IMG/VR virus record: IMGVR_UViG_2684622556_000001
Direction: 5' to 3' (one strand)
Length of the DNA stretch: 20,000 nt
Source: an uncultured virus (IMG/VR IMGVR_UViG_2684622556_000001)
Taxonomy: Duplodnaviria; Heunggongvirae; Uroviricota; Caudoviricetes
Position numbers and translations under genes: made by a program. Of this stretch, positions 1-8,129 are shown piece by piece. Under the pieces are notes generated by a model. The model saw only the letters and a program-made list of their open reading frames with translations, had not been told where the DNA came from and searched no databases. Within the stretch, counting starts at the first letter, position 1; each line of letters opens with the position of its first letter.

Positions 1-135
1 TCTCAACTGCTGCGGTACCCCGCCTTCTACGCCGCTATCGGGTTGGCGGGGTTCGGGTTCGGAGTGTGGTTCCGGCGCTCCCGCTGGGTGTCGGCGGGTC
101 GGCCAGGGCTCGATCCCCGGATTGGAGGCATCTGA
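1..135 (+). CDS. 3' end of a small membrane protein upstream of lysin A (partial)
   Basis: Open frame from base 1 (SQLLRYPAFYAAIGLAGFGFGVWFRRSRW...GGI*) with a hydrophobic stretch; its TGA overlaps the lysA ATG (TGATG). Confidence 0.6.
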   Translation, partial: SQLLRYPAFYAAIGLAGFGFGVWFRRSRWVSAGRPGLDPRIGGI

Positions 136-1457
136 TGCCGCGGGTCGTGTATGGAAATTCGTTCTCAAGTAACGGCTGGCCCATGGTCAACGGTGACGAG
201 TGCACCTGGGTCACCGTGCCGGGTACATCGGTGAGTCTGCAGATTCAGAACGGGCATCCGTTGGCGATTCTGCGGGCGTTCGCAGCGGATTTCAACGCAT
301 ATGTTGAGCCGCTGCGTGACCCGGACTCGGCGTGCTGGACGCCGACCAACTCGGTGTCCACGTCGAATCACCTGTCAGGTACGGCGATGGATCTGAACTG
401 GGAAAGCCATCCCTTTCAGGTCGTAAATGCCGGGTTTAGTGCCGCGCAGATCGCCACCATAAAGGAAATACAGGCGTTCTACGAGGGGACCGTCTTCTGG
501 GGCAATGACTGGTCAGATCCTAAAGATGCGATGCACTTTCAGCTAGCGAGCCTCGCCAATGGCGGTGACATTAACACCTACCAGAATCCGCATACTGCAG
601 ACTTCATCGCCCGCAAGATCCGCGCCGACGGATTCTCCACGTTCCGGCGCGGCAACTCGGTGGTGCTGTCAACCAAGGATCGACACGCGCTAGCGACTAT
701 CAACGAGGGTAAGCGACTCGGCATCACCCCCAAGGGAATCTGCATCGCCATCGCGGTGGAGCTGGTGGAAACCAACCTCACGATGTACGCGAACAGCAAT
801 GTCCCTGCGAGCCTCGGCTACCCACACGAGAAAGTCGGTAGCGACCACGACTCCACTGGGCTGTTCCAGCAGCGCCAGGCATGGGGTCCTTTGTCGGAAA
901 CCATGGACCCCACTCTGTCGGCGCGGCTGTTCTTCCTTGGCGGACACAGCGGGCAGCGCGGTCTGACCGACTTCGACTACAACTCCAACTCTCGTACGCC
1001 CGGCGGATGGGCGCAGGCCGTGCAGGTGAGTGCTTTCCCGTACCGCTACGACGAGCGCTACACCGAGGCCCAGCAGATCTACGCCCGACTCAGCAATCTA
1101 GGAGATGAAGACATGGCCCAAGTGCCACAGGACCAGTGGGACACCCTCTATCGGCTATTCACTCAGCCCACAGTGGGATCGGTGTCCATGTACGCCACAC
1201 CGGGCGAAGGCCCGATCTACAACCTGGTGCAGCTGATTCAGTCGATCGACGGAGCTGCACATAAGGACCTGACCGTCGAGGCCGACGCCAAGCTCGGAGA
1301 CCTCGAGGCCATCGGCCGTATTGCTCGTGTGGCCGCCGGGCAGGGATCGCGCACTGACGCCGCCGCAGTCGCCCATGCCAAGGCATTCCTCGCCGAGCTC
1401 GAGGCCACCAACCCTGCAGTCCTGCAGGAGTTCATCTCTCAGAAGGGACAGTCATGA
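135..1457 (+). CDS. lysA: Endolysin (lysin A): N-terminal M15-type Zn peptidase, central lysozyme/transglycosylase-like domain, C-terminal putative binding domain
   Basis: SNHLSGTAMD (SxHxxGxAxD) and DAMHFQ motifs; ETNL...DHDSTGLFQQR..WG motif; GGAGG RBS before ATG 135 (preferred over ORF start 66); first gene of the lysis cassette. Confidence 0.9.
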   Translation: MPRVVYGNSFSSNGWPMVNGDECTWVTVPGTSVSLQIQNGHPLAILRAFAADFNAYVEPLRDPDSACWTPTNSVSTSNHLSGTAMDLNWESHPFQVVNAGFSAAQIATIKEIQAFYEGTVFWGNDWSDPKDAMHFQLASLANGGDINTYQNPHTADFIARKIRADGFSTFRRGNSVVLSTKDRHALATINEGKRLGITPKGICIAIAVELVETNLTMYANSNVPASLGYPHEKVGSDHDSTGLFQQRQAWGPLSETMDPTLSARLFFLGGHSGQRGLTDFDYNSNSRTPGGWAQAVQVSAFPYRYDERYTEAQQIYARLSNLGDEDMAQVPQDQWDTLYRLFTQPTVGSVSMYATPGEGPIYNLVQLIQSIDGAAHKDLTVEADAKLGDLEAIGRIARVAAGQGSRTDAAAVAHAKAFLAELEATNPAVLQEFISQKGQS

Positions 1458-1870
1458 CAGACCAGATTCGTAAGTGGTACTACCTCATTGGCGCGGCAGC
1501 TCTGTCGATTATTCCCATCTTGGTCACTTCGGGTGTGGTCAGTGACACGGTCGGGCAGTCTTGGGTCAACGCGGTCATCGCCATTGGTGGCGTCTTCGGC
1601 GTGGCCGGTCTCGGGACAGCGGGCGTGGTGCTGCACAAGCAGATCAAGAACGCCCCCGGTGCTGCAGCGGACAAGGCCGTGACCAGCTTGCAGGACATCC
1701 AGGCGCAGCTGAACTCCACCGCGCAGGCCGCGCAGGACCAGCTTGCCGCCGCCACCCAGGTTGCCGTGGACAGCATCACCAAGATTCAGGCCACCGTAGG
1801 CAATGTCGTCGGCCCGCAGGTTTCCCTCGGCCCGCTGGCTGCCGAGGTCATCAAGAGCGTGACTGAGTGA
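1454..1870 (+). CDS. Holin
   Basis: Two N-terminal hydrophobic helices and an Ala/Gln-rich coiled-coil tail; lies between lysA and lysB with 4-bp overlaps. Confidence 0.8.
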   Translation: MTDQIRKWYYLIGAAALSIIPILVTSGVVSDTVGQSWVNAVIAIGGVFGVAGLGTAGVVLHKQIKNAPGAAADKAVTSLQDIQAQLNSTAQAAQDQLAAATQVAVDSITKIQATVGNVVGPQVSLGPLAAEVIKSVTE

Positions 1871-2835
1871 TCCTCACCCTCGGTTCCCATGGGGAGGTAG
1901 TAGCGAGGTGGCAGCGGGTCATGTTGGCCCGCTACGCCTCCTACGCGAAAGCCGCTGACGGGGGACCGCTGAAGGTTGATTCGTATTTCGGGTACGACGA
2001 CCAGGCGGTCCAGAAGGAATACCAGCGCCGCACAAACCAACCCCAGACGGGCGAGGTTTCTCAAGCGGATCTGGTGAAGCTGGGTTTGACGCCGCTGTTC
2101 TTCACGGTCGAGGGACATCTGTCCGACATGTTTGTCGGGCCTTGCGCTTTCGTGGCCTCTACTTTGGAGCGTGAAGGGCGGGCGGTGTGGCGGCCCACCG
2201 GCTACGACAACGTACGGCTGCCGTTCAACAACCAGTCCGGTGTGGACGAACTCGTGAACCGTTTGGATACTAAGCTGTTTGATGACGGCACACCATTCCC
2301 CGAAGGAACGCCGTGGAATCTGGCGATCTTCAGCCAGGGTGCGATGGTTGGCTGCGAGGTCATGGAAAAGCATGTTCTACCCGTCAATGGCAGGTTGCAT
2401 TACCGGCTGAAGGACTTCCGCAAGGGCATAGCTTTCGGGAACCCCTACCGCCTGATCAACCAGTGCGCCCCTTGGGTTCCCGACCCGCCCCAGCCCAACA
2501 CTCAGGGGATCATGGACTGGCACTTTGACTTCCTGAAATACCCCGAGCTGGCGGGGAAGTGGCAAGAGCATGCCCGCACCCGCGACTGGTACGCCGAGAA
2601 CCGGTTGGATGAAGCCGGGGTCAACATGACAGCGATAGCCCGCATAATCACCCAATCCTCGTGGACCGGTGGGGCTTCCTCGATAGTGGCCCGAATCATG
2701 GACCTCTTCATCAACCCATTCGACGGGCTGATCGACATCGTATGGGCCATCGTGCGGACCTTCCAAGGCATCGCCCATCTGGAAGCCCACGGGACGTACG
2801 ACCTGAATCCAGTCCTCGACTGGTTCCGCGCTTAG
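1867..2835 (+). CDS. lysB: Lysin B (cutinase-like mycolylarabinogalactan esterase) with N-terminal peptidoglycan-binding-like domain
   Basis: FSQGA nucleophile elbow, FGNP motif, C-terminal His (AHGTY); N-terminal LGSHGEVVARWQ...VDSYFG...AVQKEYQRR; position after holin. Confidence 0.9.
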   Translation: MILTLGSHGEVVARWQRVMLARYASYAKAADGGPLKVDSYFGYDDQAVQKEYQRRTNQPQTGEVSQADLVKLGLTPLFFTVEGHLSDMFVGPCAFVASTLEREGRAVWRPTGYDNVRLPFNNQSGVDELVNRLDTKLFDDGTPFPEGTPWNLAIFSQGAMVGCEVMEKHVLPVNGRLHYRLKDFRKGIAFGNPYRLINQCAPWVPDPPQPNTQGIMDWHFDFLKYPELAGKWQEHARTRDWYAENRLDEAGVNMTAIARIITQSSWTGGASSIVARIMDLFINPFDGLIDIVWAIVRTFQGIAHLEAHGTYDLNPVLDWFRA

Positions 2836-3020
2836 CCCCTAAGCCAACGCTGCACCGTGTTGGTGGATCGGTTAATTAGCGCGGCAATCTCCCGCACTGA
2901 GCCTCCGGCGGCTTTCGCTTCACGGACAGCGGCGCGGAGGTCTTCTGTGGCCATGTCGGCTTGTGTGGCGGCTGCGAGCAGCCTGGATCGTTGAGGCTCG
3001 GGGGTTTCTCCCCGCCTCAA
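2832..3020 (-). CDS. Small helix-turn-helix DNA-binding protein
   Basis: GGSVREIAALINRSTNTVQRWL HTH; probable TTG start at 3020 overlapping the upstream stop (TTGA). Confidence 0.7.
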   Translation of the reverse strand: MRRGETPEPQRSRLLAAATQADMATEDLRAAVREAKAAGGSVREIAALINRSTNTVQRWLRG

Positions 3021-3190
3021 CGCTTTCCATCCAACTGAAGGTCGGCCCATGCCTTCAGGAGGTCTGTGTACTTTTCGTATGGAACAACGATTGCCACCGG
3101 CTTTTCGTCGCCGACGGCGATCGGGTAGTCACTCCCACCCTTGATCGCTTTCCACAGGTTATCTATGTCGATTTCCGGCAAGTCTGGCAT
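3017..3190 (-). CDS. Small protein, weakly Phd/YefM antitoxin-like
   Basis: MPDLPEIDIDNLWKAIKGGSDYPIAVGDEKPVAIVVPYEKY; KPVAIVVPYEKY resembles the Phd/YefM motif; ATG lies 6 nt after a TACAAT -10. Confidence 0.55.
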   Translation of the reverse strand: MPDLPEIDIDNLWKAIKGGSDYPIAVGDEKPVAIVVPYEKYTDLLKAWADLQLDGKR

Positions 3191-3196
3191 GTCTCG

Positions 3197-3226
3197 ATTG
3201 TAGCGCTTATCGCTACGGTGTGACAC
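3197..3226 (-). promoter_or_regulatory. SigA-type leaderless promoter with an overlapping inverted-repeat operator
   Basis: Minus strand GTGTCA-18 nt-TACAAT-6 nt-ATG; inverted repeat GTAGCG-cttat-CGCTAC at 3200-3216. Confidence 0.6.
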
Positions 3227-3285
3227 CCCAAATCCAACAACTGAATAGAGCCCTCGAAGCGCCCCATGAAAGGCGGTTCAAACAA

Positions 3286-3504
3286 ATGTCCATCCGAGAT
3301 CTACTCACTGAGCGATCCAAGCCAAAGCCAGCGGTATGTACCACATGCCAATGGTTCGCAACTCAGCCAGAAGATGAGCAGGCTGCAGCCAAAGAATGGG
3401 CGGCGGCAGGCTTCTCCAGCGCGGAGTTGTGGCGCGGCATAAGGGAGTTGGGGTATCCATTGGGCGAGGCAGCATTACGCCGCCATTTCAAGGAATGTAG
3501 TTGA
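3286..3504 (+). CDS. Small Cys/His-containing phage protein (possibly Zn- and DNA-binding)
   Basis: CTTC near the N-terminus and RRHFKEC at the C-terminus; GAAAGG upstream of ATG 3286; overlaps the next gene. Confidence 0.7.
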   Translation: MSIRDLLTERSKPKPAVCTTCQWFATQPEDEQAAAKEWAAAGFSSAELWRGIRELGYPLGEAALRRHFKECS

Positions 3505-4697
3505 GTATCCGCGACAGCCTGAACAAGCGGCGTCCCGTGGCCGAGGAGTCGGCGCCGGAGCAGGCGAAGATGCGTGCGGAGTGGGACGGCACCGCTGGAT
3601 TCATTCAGACCGGCAAGGTCTCAGATGACTTCGACGAGCAGGACTTCGAGGGCATCCTTCGCGAGTTCGCCGACGAACTGCACTACGACCCAGCCAAGGT
3701 TGAGATAGCCGGTAACCCACAGGTCGTGGTGTGGGAGACAGGCTTCCGCAACAAAGATGGGGAGTGGGAGAAGCACAAGCACCACTCATGGCGCTATCAC
3801 CTCGCTGTGCGGCGCTGGGCTGTCGACCTACCCGCCTTGTATGCGGAGGTCCGCAGAACCAAGCCGGTGCAGCCGAAGAAACCCACAGGTGAATCAACGG
3901 TTGTGGTGTGCTGGGCTGATATTCAGACCGGGAAGGTCGACCACCTCGGCGGTGTCAAAGAGCTGTTGCTGCGCCTTCAGGAAAAGCGGGAAAACCTGAA
4001 TGCCTACCTGAAACGTTCAAGGTTCGATCGCATCATCATCGCGGACGTGGGTGACATTGTGGAGGGCTTCGACAATGTAACAGCCCAAACCCGCACCAAC
4101 GGACTATCTCTCATGGATCAGGTCGAGGTCGCCGCCACGGAGTTCTGGAAGACCATCACCCTGTGCGCCAAGCATGCCCCCGTGGATGTGCTGTCCATCC
4201 CGTCCAATCACGGCCAGTGGCGGCGTGGAAAGGATCTGATCGGGAAGCCCACCGATGACTGGGGATTGGCTATTTCTAAGCGTCTTGAATGGCACAATAA
4301 CCCCGACAACCAGGGCCCGAATCTGCCGGTAGAGTTCCACCGGCCGCCCGAGTGGTGCGAGACGCTGCAGTTCGATGTACGCGGCACCAGGTTAGGACTG
4401 GCGCACGGCCACCAAGCCTCCGGTGCTGACCGGGTTAAGACGTGGTGGGAGAAGATGACCCACGGCGGCGTTATGGACTGCCACGTCCTGCTGACTGGAC
4501 ATTTCCACTACGCCAGCCTCCGGCCACATGGGCGGGATCAAGTCACAGGTAAGGCGCGCTGGCACATCCAAGCCTCAACCCTGGACAACGGTTCAGCGTG
4601 GGTGATGAACAAGATGGGCGAAGACGGAGATCCGGCATTGACGGTGTTCCAGATCAACAACGACGGCTTCGACGTACAGAGCTTTGCACTCCTTTGA
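3501..4697 (+). CDS. Calcineurin-like metallophosphoesterase (Mre11/SbcD-like phage protein)
   Basis: Motifs ADIQ, GDIVEG, SNHG, AHGH and GHFH in canonical order. Confidence 0.85.
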   Translation: MSIRDSLNKRRPVAEESAPEQAKMRAEWDGTAGFIQTGKVSDDFDEQDFEGILREFADELHYDPAKVEIAGNPQVVVWETGFRNKDGEWEKHKHHSWRYHLAVRRWAVDLPALYAEVRRTKPVQPKKPTGESTVVVCWADIQTGKVDHLGGVKELLLRLQEKRENLNAYLKRSRFDRIIIADVGDIVEGFDNVTAQTRTNGLSLMDQVEVAATEFWKTITLCAKHAPVDVLSIPSNHGQWRRGKDLIGKPTDDWGLAISKRLEWHNNPDNQGPNLPVEFHRPPEWCETLQFDVRGTRLGLAHGHQASGADRVKTWWEKMTHGGVMDCHVLLTGHFHYASLRPHGRDQVTGKARWHIQASTLDNGSAWVMNKMGEDGDPALTVFQINNDGFDVQSFALL

Positions 4698-4722
4698 TAC
4701 CCACTGATACTTGGGAGCCGCG

Positions 4723-4947
4723 ATGAGTGAACACCCCGACGAACTCATGCAGAAGTACGTCGAAGCGATGGATCAAGAACCCGGCTGGCGGGTATCAGAT
4801 TTCGTGCTCATGGTCGGTTTCGAGAGAGTCCAAGCGGACGGCACCATAGAGCACACCTACGGCGTGTATGAAGGTGAGAACCAATCGACCTGGGCTACAC
4901 ACGGTTTAGTCGCCAACGGTATAGAACACCTAGAACGAACTGAGTGA
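4723..4947 (+). CDS. Hypothetical phage protein
   Basis: GGGAG RBS before ATG 4723; acidic ORF continuing the operon. Confidence 0.65.
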   Translation: MSEHPDELMQKYVEAMDQEPGWRVSDFVLMVGFERVQADGTIEHTYGVYEGENQSTWATHGLVANGIEHLERTE

Positions 4948-4950
4948 CTA

Positions 4951-5268
4951 TTACTGGCTGTTCCAGTGGGCTAGGTCTTCATCGTCGATCAGTGTGACGA
5001 CGATCTGAGCGATTCGCTCGTCGCTCTCGTCAGTGCCGTAGTCCACGATCCACGCCCAGATGTCGTAGCCGCCGTCGCCGAATCCTGCCGAAAACTGCAC
5101 CCCGGACCCGTACTTACTGAATAGGTTGTGACCGCTACCGATTCCTGGATACTTGGCCGGAGCAAAAGCGGGGTCGGTGATCGCGGCCATGGCCGAGTCG
5201 ACCGAGACGCCGCCGATGCGTTCCCATCGACCGTTGCGGCCCGGGGCTGGTGTTGGTGGTTGACCCAT
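4951..5268 (-). CDS. Hypothetical protein, DUF4241-like
   Basis: VSVDSAMAAITD...FSAGFGDGGYDIW pattern; TAAAAT 6 nt upstream of the ATG. Confidence 0.55.
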   Translation of the reverse strand: MGQPPTPAPGRNGRWERIGGVSVDSAMAAITDPAFAPAKYPGIGSGHNLFSKYGSGVQFSAGFGDGGYDIWAWIVDYGTDESDERIAQIVVTLIDDEDLAHWNSQ

Positions 5269-5313
5269 CCCTCAATTTTACGGCGCTACAGCAGTATCCA
5301 CGGGGTCTAACTG

Positions 5314-5499
5314 TTACGTCCGAGGGTCATCCGACTTTCGGGTGAATAAAAACTGGCGTCCACAATCCTCACTCGGACAAACGGCAACATCGCCCCATGC
5401 ATGACGTGACGGCGGAACTTCTGTGACACGGGCAAGACTTGGCCCGCACCGATCGATTTGCCCGGCCAGATCGCATGCCGCACATTCGGGGTTGGTCAT
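5314..5499 (-). CDS. Small putative Zn-binding protein
   Basis: CAAC...CPSEDC; upstream sequence resembles that of the neighbouring gene (AATTGAGGG). Confidence 0.55.
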   Translation of the reverse strand: MTNPECAACDLAGQIDRCGPSLARVTEVPPSRHAWGDVAVCPSEDCGRQFLFTRKSDDPRT

Positions 5500-5572
5500 A
5501 CCCTCAATTATCCGGCGTTTCAACCGGAGTCGCGGTGTTTAGGCCCCGCGCGAGGAGAGCGCGCAGGGAACT

Positions 5573-5596
5573 AGCGCACTGTACCGTGCGCTTTTT
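5573..5596 (+). terminator. Possible intrinsic terminator hairpin
   Basis: AGCGCAC-tgtacc-GTGCGCT followed by a T run. Confidence 0.4.
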
Positions 5597-5680
5597 CAGA
5601 TGTATCCGGCAGAACGCCCAAATCCGGGCTTCTACCTGCGTGTTTCTTTTTCATCCACAACCTAATCGGGGAGGGTTCCC

Positions 5681-5923
5681 ATGGCTTTACATCCATCTGA
5701 TTGGGCGTGGATCACTATGGCTGCTGGGATCGTCGCCTACGAGATAGCTTGCCCACCGGGGGAGCTGCTATCGGACGCCACTACCCGCTACGGGCAGTCC
5801 CACATGTTCCTCAGCTCCGCCGTGATCGGAGTAGTGGCCGTACATCTGCTGCGCACCACCGGACTGCTTCGGTTCATCCCTGAACAGCTCGACCTAATCC
5901 ATTTGTTGGCTTCACTGAAATGA
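5681..5923 (+). CDS. Small phage membrane protein
   Basis: Two hydrophobic segments; GGGGAGG RBS. Confidence 0.7.
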   Translation: MALHPSDWAWITMAAGIVAYEIACPPGELLSDATTRYGQSHMFLSSAVIGVVAVHLLRTTGLLRFIPEQLDLIHLLASLK

Positions 5924-5985
5924 GAGGACACCGCTATGTGCAGAGTTGAGACTTGGAAGTGTGGCCTGCCGACTGGTACTCCGCG

Positions 5986-6321
5986 GTGAATGTGGCTGAG
6001 GTAGTCGGCTTGATCGCTGGCTCATCGCTCCTGTCCTCGCTTGGTGTCGCACTCCTTTCCCGCAAGAGCAACACCTTCTCCAAATTCACCGAAGCCTATG
6101 AAGCCCTCGCTGATCGGGTGACCAAGCTTGAGGAGAAGCTGGAAACCGTAGAGGGTGCGCTCGAGGTTGAGCGTGACCAGCACTCAAAGGCCCGCGATCT
6201 ACTGCGGATTGCGCTGCGCTACATCCGCGATGTTCTTTCCTGGGGGGTGGGAGACCGCGCCCATCCGCTACCTGAACCGCCCCCGGAGCTCTTTCGGCAC
6301 CTCGAGCAGCAAGACTCCTAG
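5986..6321 (+). CDS. Membrane-anchored coiled-coil phage protein
   Basis: N-terminal TM segment (VVGLIAGSSLLSSLGVALL) then heptad-rich YEALADRVTKLEEKLETVEGAL; start uncertain (5953 or 5986). Confidence 0.7.
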   Translation: MNVAEVVGLIAGSSLLSSLGVALLSRKSNTFSKFTEAYEALADRVTKLEEKLETVEGALEVERDQHSKARDLLRIALRYIRDVLSWGVGDRAHPLPEPPPELFRHLEQQDS

Positions 6322-6359
6322 ACCCCGCCGTTAGCGCTTACCGCCAATAGAATTGGGGT

Positions 6360-6644
6360 ATGGAGCTGACCGAGGGCAACATGCCGGACCCGCCCGAAGG
6401 GTGTGAGTGGGCGGTATCTACCATCCAGAACCCCGCAAGTATCTGCGTGAAGCTAAGGATGTCCAACGGCAACACTTACGAGGGCACATACACCGTGCCC
6501 ACACTGAACGACGAGGACTACAACCACAGAGCAGCCGCCTGGATGGCGGCCGAAATCCTGGAGTATCTACCCGGAACACTGCCCTACATAGGCAGTGGAA
6601 GACCTAAGCCCACACCTCCGCTGTCGGTCACCGGTACGACATAG
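6360..6644 (+). CDS. Hypothetical protein
   Basis: 94-aa ORF with TAGAAT 6 nt upstream of the ATG and a terminator downstream. Confidence 0.6.
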   Translation: MELTEGNMPDPPEGCEWAVSTIQNPASICVKLRMSNGNTYEGTYTVPTLNDEDYNHRAAAWMAAEILEYLPGTLPYIGSGRPKPTPPLSVTGTT

Positions 6645-6667
6645 AAGTCACCCCTCGCTTCACAGCC

Positions 6668-6718
6668 GCCCCCGGCTCCCGTGCTTCCCCCCAGCATGGT
6701 TGAGCCGGGGGCTTTTTT
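6668..6718 (+). terminator. Rho-independent terminator between the rightward genes and the convergent integrase
   Basis: GCCCCCGGCTC (6668-6678) pairs with GAGCCGGGGGC (6702-6712), followed by TTTTTT. Confidence 0.85.
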
Positions 6719-6742
6719 GCGTTTCCGGTGGTTGGTTTCGAA

Positions 6743-8002
6743 TCAGCTGCCTGGCACTAGCACTGCGAGGGCGTCCATCATCGTCGAGTTCCTTGCCTGA
6801 TCGGCGTGTGCGTAGATCCTCGTGACTTCCGGGGAGTTGTGTCCCAGGATCTCCATGCGAGTCTGCTCGTCCGCGCCCGCGGCGCGCAGCACTGTGGCGG
6901 TGGTGTGGCGGGTGCTATGCAGCGGCATGGTCTCGCCCTCCCCGATGATCCCGGCGTCCCGCAGGAGTTTGTGCCATGCCTGGTTATCGTCATTCGGAAT
7001 GACTGGTGCGCCGTCGGCGCGGTGGAACACAAGGTTATGCGGATTGGGTCCGCAATCCTTCTCGCGGAGCTGCGCCAGTGCCAGCCGTAGCGGCTCAATG
7101 ACGGGCACCCACCGCTTCCCCGCCTCTGATTTAGGTCGGGTTAGCGCCAGGGATGCATGTAGCGGTTCGTACTCAAACTTCACGGGCATATCCCATTTCG
7201 GGTCGGTGCAGTGGCCACCATTCTTGCGACCACACGGCCACTTCTCGCCGACCTTTTCACCGCAGCCGTGTGCGCGCTTGAGCTGCTGTAGCTGCCAAGT
7301 GATGTCCACCGCCCCGCCTTTGAGGTCCACTCGATCCCATGTCAGCCCAAGCGATTCACCTTGCCGAGTCCCCGTAAGGAAGAGGAATAACCACCGGGTG
7401 GCCTCCATCTGATTGCGGTGTTTGACCGCGTACGCGAGCAGCTTGTGCACGTCGCCGATAGATAGCGCCGTCCGATCACCCTTGGATACTTCGGGCGCAT
7501 CCACCGGGGCGGCGACGTTCCGTTTGATAAGACCCTCTGCGACCGCATCCTTGAGGGCCTTGTGCAACACCACGTGAGCCTTTTGCGTGCGCCGCGCACC
7601 CTTGCCGATGAGCGTGTGCATGCGCCGAACATCAGCCGGCGTCAGTTCGATCAGCTTCTTATGCCCTATGGCGCTGGCGATGTTGTTGATGGTGTGCCCG
7701 TAGTCGCGGTAGGTGGTGGGGCGGATACGTTCTCTATGGACGTTCGGAAGCCAGTAGTCGAGCCACTTGGCGACCGTCATAGTCCTGTCGAGGTTGAAGC
7801 CATCTGACGATTCGGCTTTCAATTCATCCAATCGGGCTACGAGGGTGCGGTAGTCCTTGCTGTAGACACGCTTCTGGCGCCGCTTCCCGGTCTCGTCGGG
7901 GGGCGCCTCGATCGAACCGACCCACATTCCATCGGCCCGCTGGAAGATGCTGCCCTCACCCTTGGCACGCGGCGGTCGCTTCTTCTTGGATGTGAATGCC
8001 AC
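6743..8002 (-). CDS. int: Prophage tyrosine integrase
   Basis: GEGSIFQRADGMWVG arm-binding N-terminus; catalytic TGTRQGE, HSTRH, LGH and IYAH; probable GTG start at 8002. Confidence 0.95.
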   Translation of the reverse strand: MAFTSKKKRPPRAKGEGSIFQRADGMWVGSIEAPPDETGKRRQKRVYSKDYRTLVARLDELKAESSDGFNLDRTMTVAKWLDYWLPNVHRERIRPTTYRDYGHTINNIASAIGHKKLIELTPADVRRMHTLIGKGARRTQKAHVVLHKALKDAVAEGLIKRNVAAPVDAPEVSKGDRTALSIGDVHKLLAYAVKHRNQMEATRWLFLFLTGTRQGESLGLTWDRVDLKGGAVDITWQLQQLKRAHGCGEKVGEKWPCGRKNGGHCTDPKWDMPVKFEYEPLHASLALTRPKSEAGKRWVPVIEPLRLALAQLREKDCGPNPHNLVFHRADGAPVIPNDDNQAWHKLLRDAGIIGEGETMPLHSTRHTTATVLRAAGADEQTRMEILGHNSPEVTRIYAHADQARNSTMMDALAVLVPGS

Positions 8003-8025
8003 CGTCCACCCTCTCAATGTATCCA

Positions 8026-8055
8026 ATACTGTACACATCTACGTGTACACAGTAT
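8026..8055. repeat. Candidate integrase arm-type or regulatory sites of the prophage
   Basis: TGTACACA twice (8030-8037, 8044-8051) within an imperfect palindrome ATACTGT...ACAGTAT, about 75 bp from the att core. Confidence 0.5.
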
Positions 8056-8129
8056 GTATGCAGTGGGTAATACAACCACCATCTACCTGGTGTCATGCGT
8101 TTATGAGCTGCTCTAATCATACCAAAGAT

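Noticed and set aside
7195..7275. Cys/His insertion (HGC...C...C) in the prophage integrase as a novelty
   Set aside because: From recall, similar inserts are common in actinobacterial tyrosine integrases
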